Part shown: positions 43,458-46,931 of the stretch, piece after piece
How the letters are laid out: each line of letters begins with the position of its first letter
Position numbering within the stretch: the first letter of the stretch is position 1
Origin: Utricularia gibba
Taxonomy: Eukaryota; Plantae; Magnoliophyta
NCBI GenBank assembly: GCA_002189035.1
Contig: NEEC01000125.1
Coordinates: 1 to 46,931, forward strand
Reading direction: 5' to 3'
DNA length: 46,931 nt
Made by a program: the position numbers and the translations under genes
Notes under the pieces: model-generated
The model's input: only the letters and a program-made list of their open reading frames with translations
Told to the model about the DNA's origin: nothing
Database searches by the model: none

Positions 43458-45879
43458 AACTGTAAGCCTGACAATGGGGAAGAAAAAGTGATGCTCTGGA
43501 GACGCAATCACAGGAATGGGATTGGAATCGTAATGGGTTTTGAAGGAAGGCGTGTCAGCTGTAGAGCATGTGGTTGAAATTTATGATGATGGGGTGTAAT
43601 AAAAGCATTCACCTGTTACACAGAGAACCGTATGAGGTGAGGTGAGGTGATGCAGATCTTTTTTATTATTGCTGTTGCAGAAGAGAAGTCAATGGAACTA
43701 CCAAGCAGTAGAGGAGAAGTTGAGCCCCAAAGCTTTGTTTCGGGGAGACGAGACAGGACAGGGAGGCGAGGGCCATGCAGCTTCGTTGGAGTATTTATTG
43801 TGCTTTCTACTTTTCTTTTGTTTTTTCACCTAACACTTGACTTCATGGGTCACCCCTTCAATGAATTTCCCCAATTTCATCATACCAGGGGAAGGGATAG
43901 GGAACTCCAATCCCCCATTGGTTCAAACTGGATAGATGCTACACAACAAGACACCTAATCAAAAATTTTCATATTTCATAACAAAATTATTTTTCGGATA
44001 TATAATTTTTTCGAAAAAAATAACAATTTTAGTGAACCCTAAACTATACACCTTGCAAGAAAAAAATAATGACTTGGACTATAGAAACTAACGTGGTGGG
44101 TGTTTGATAGCTGAATTTGATTGATTTTAATATATCATATTTGATAATAGTGTTGTGATTGATTCCTAATCGATGGTTTATAAATCATGGTTCGATATCA
44201 AATTCGATTCCGATTTCAATCATAAATATTGAATCAAATTGAAATCGAAACCAAATTACATGGTTTCGTTAGAAAACAAAATCATAAATCTGGAATTGAA
44301 ACTAAACCCTATGATATCTTGAAATATCCTAAAAAATATCGACTTTTTTCCACAATAACTCATGTGGATAGTATGGTTCATGGGTTTTGATTTTGAATTG
44401 TTGATTCCAAAAAATAATGAACCATACGAAACGATGAATTAATTATCTAATTACTTTCAACTCATTTATAAATAATGTAGGTTTTTTTAGTGAACACCTA
44501 AAATACTAAAATATTTAGAAGAATAATATAATATTTTACTTTAGTTAAATGTTAAGCATCAACCACCATGGTACTTGAGGGGCAGGTGCATGTTATGTTT
44601 GTTCTTCATCTCATCTCATCTCACACTTGGACCAAATGGTTGGTGATTACCACAAGAATAATGTGCCATCATTGCAAGAGCATGATTTTACATAGCTTAG
44701 CTTAATCAAGCATTGGTGCTTCATTACCTAAAAAAGAAAAAAAAAATACAATTGAAAGAGATCCATATGTTTATTTTACAGATTTTTCATAACAATTTTT
44801 ATTTTTATTGAAACATTTTAAAATCAATTTTGTTAGAACTTCAAAAGGAAGATAAATTAAAAAGGGTTATCTTAAATTAAAATCTTTTATTTCCTCATTT
44901 GACGACATATAATTTCATATTTTGTTTTTTGTATATACAAACAAAATAAAGTATGAAATTCATTACTTAAGATGAATTCATTACAATATATTCTTACTTT
45001 TGAAACCCCAAAAAATTAAAATTTGAACTTAAAAAAAGTATATAAAATCGGTAGTAGTTAACCATTAAATTATTAAAAATCAGTTAACTGGTTCAACTTC
45101 GTAAGTTAATTGGTTGAATTGAAAACATACGTTACAACTATCAACAAAAATGACTATTTTGTAAATAAAAAGTAATTATTTTTTTTCAACTCGGCGATCC
45201 ATCTAAAGTATCCGGGTGACCCGGACCAATCAGCAAAACGAACGGCTCATTAGGTTATAGCATAAAATAGATGAATAACAGGATTTTTCTATTTTTTTAT
45301 AAATTATTTATTTTTAATATATTTAAATATCGTAATCTGTCTTCCTTTCTATCATAATTTTAATATTTTTAAAATTAAATTAGAAAATATTGGAATCCAA
45401 AAGTTATGTAAGACACTCTTGACGCTTTTGGTAATTTGTTCAAAATTCTAGTTATATGATTTAAAATAAAATAAAATTTATATTTTAAAATTTGAAAATA
45501 GATTAAATATGTTAGATTTATACATATAAGATATGCATATAATTTCCTTTAATATCAATAAACAGCGTAAGACATTGATAAATGATTTTGTATCCTATTT
45601 TTTCATCACTTTTTAAGATTTTTTTACCCTAAATAAATATTTAAAAATGATTTTGAAAGATTTATATACAAAAATTTAGTTAAAAAATCTTATTTAAGAT
45701 CATCATATATTTAAATTTTTCTACAATAAATTTTAAATTAAACTCTAAAATTAATTTAAATCTTACTACTAACATTTATACTAAGTAAAATACTTAAAGT
45801 TAATTTAAACATTATCTAAAACACTCCAAATCATATTAAAAAAGAAAGATTAGGGGTATTCATGTACTTTCTTCGGAAC

Positions 45880-46190
45880 CGCGTTTTGTTGCAGGGCCGG
45901 CCCACATCCTCCGATTGTACCCAAAAGGCGTAACGCCGGCGCTCTCCAGAGTCTCCCTTGTAGCCCTTACCTCTTCGATTCTCGTATTGCTTTGCAGACC
46001 CTTGCACTTCCCGTTGCAGTTGCACATCAATCGCCGTTTCATAATTGTTCGTTGATCAGATTGAATTTTCTGGTTTTTGTTTCATCGAGCTAGCAATGTT
46101 GCTTGTGTTTTTTGATGGATACTATTGACCACTCATTGTTTGGGTTTGCCGCAGATCTCTGTGGTTCCTCCGTCCGTAGGTATCTCGATC
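45880..46190 (+). promoter_or_regulatory. Probable promoter and 5' UTR of a downstream + strand gene, with a candidate leader intron starting at ~46181
   Basis: Abrupt GC-rich island after AT-rich DNA, GGGCCGGCCCA site II-like motif, pyrimidine-rich leader, then TAG/GTATCT donor followed by T-rich intron-like sequence to the window end. No CDS seen. Confidence 0.35.
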
Positions 46191-46931
46191 TGGGTTCGAT
46201 TGATTTCGCCTTCATGATTCTTGAATCTAGTGTCGTCTGTTAATGAAGAGTTGGTGCGGATCGGTTCATTCTTGGATTTCTCGCTTGATTATCTGCATGG
46301 GGTCAGTTTTTTTTTTTTTTTTTTTGCCTCTTTTATGTTTTGATTTGTCGATTTTAGTTGCGCAGTTGTGATTGCTAGGGTTATTCAGACAGAGTTCTGA
46401 CTTTTAGTGTGTTCTTTAATCCAAAAAGGGGAATCGACAACATGTCAGAATTGAGAGTATTAGCTTTTCCAAAGCTCTAAACTAACTTATGGAGACTTGG
46501 GATTGAAAATTTAAAAGTTGGAATCTTGCACTGTTTAGAATGTTGATGAATGGTTTCCGTATGCTGAATGGATCAGCACTTTTGTAAAATCTTTATGCAT
46601 GATGCTTTTGATCTGCATCATTCTCAAGTATCAGTTAATTATCTTCCGTAGCATGCTATCCTGGTTTGTATATTCTTGAATCTTGATAGCCATGCTTGTC
46701 GGCTTGAATTCGTAAGGGTTTGGTTTCATTTATCATGGGATGCTGCTGTAGCTTATGTCAAATTTTGACACACTAATCATCTGTTTGGTGAAAATCCTGT
46801 TTTGTAACAGAGCAGAAGTTGTTTTGGATGTTGTACGAAGACACCACATATAATATCTGTCGATGAACAATCCAGAGGACTCAAAAACAAACCCCAGTCT
46901 GTAAAGAAGCATACCGTTACCGAGGATTTTT

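Noticed and set aside
44090-44440. Cluster of short GATTCC/GAAACC-type motifs resembling hAT subterminal repeats
   Set aside because: No TIR pair or 8-bp TSD could be defined.
45831-46042. Two ~60-aa minus-strand ORFs
   Set aside because: No known motif; they overlap a GC-rich promoter-like island and are likely chance ORFs.
1-46931. tRNA, rRNA or CRISPR arrays
   Set aside because: None recognised by eye; this is eukaryotic intron-containing DNA. A tRNAscan-SE or Rfam run would be needed to exclude small RNA genes formally.

Overview
Gene-dense plant nuclear DNA (angiosperm, short ~70-150 nt introns; species not determinable from sequence). Gene order: PEX10 (3' part, +), NdhU/CRRL (+), a trihelix-derived coiled-coil gene (-), F-box/LRR protein 15/SLOMO (+), YLMG2 (-), CID7 PAM2-Smr (+), three tandem ankyrin-PGG transmembrane (ACD6/ITN1-like) genes (+), RDR6 (+), a SHINE-clade AP2/ERF (-), and probably the 5' end of another + gene. 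The most unusual region is ANK-PGG copy 3 (29.6-34.6 kb), a genuine pseudogene. It carries a 367-bp solo LTR in an exon (TSD AGAAT) and a 2.45-kb rearranged Ty1/copia element in an intron (TSD TTGTT). About 500 bp of the copia reverse transcriptase is duplicated as an inverted repeat (~98% identical arms, 212-bp spacer), with breakpoint microhomology and a templated insertion. This resembles a Mu-killer-type hairpin silencing locus. The two LTR promoters also face each other across an ankyrin exon. Important caveat: almost every gene, including essential ones, shows 1-bp deletions in short homopolymers with homology continuing in the shifted frame. These most likely reflect an under-polished long-read assembly, so frameshift-only pseudogene calls (including RDR6) are unsafe. 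All homology calls come from recognising translated motifs by eye; no searches were run.
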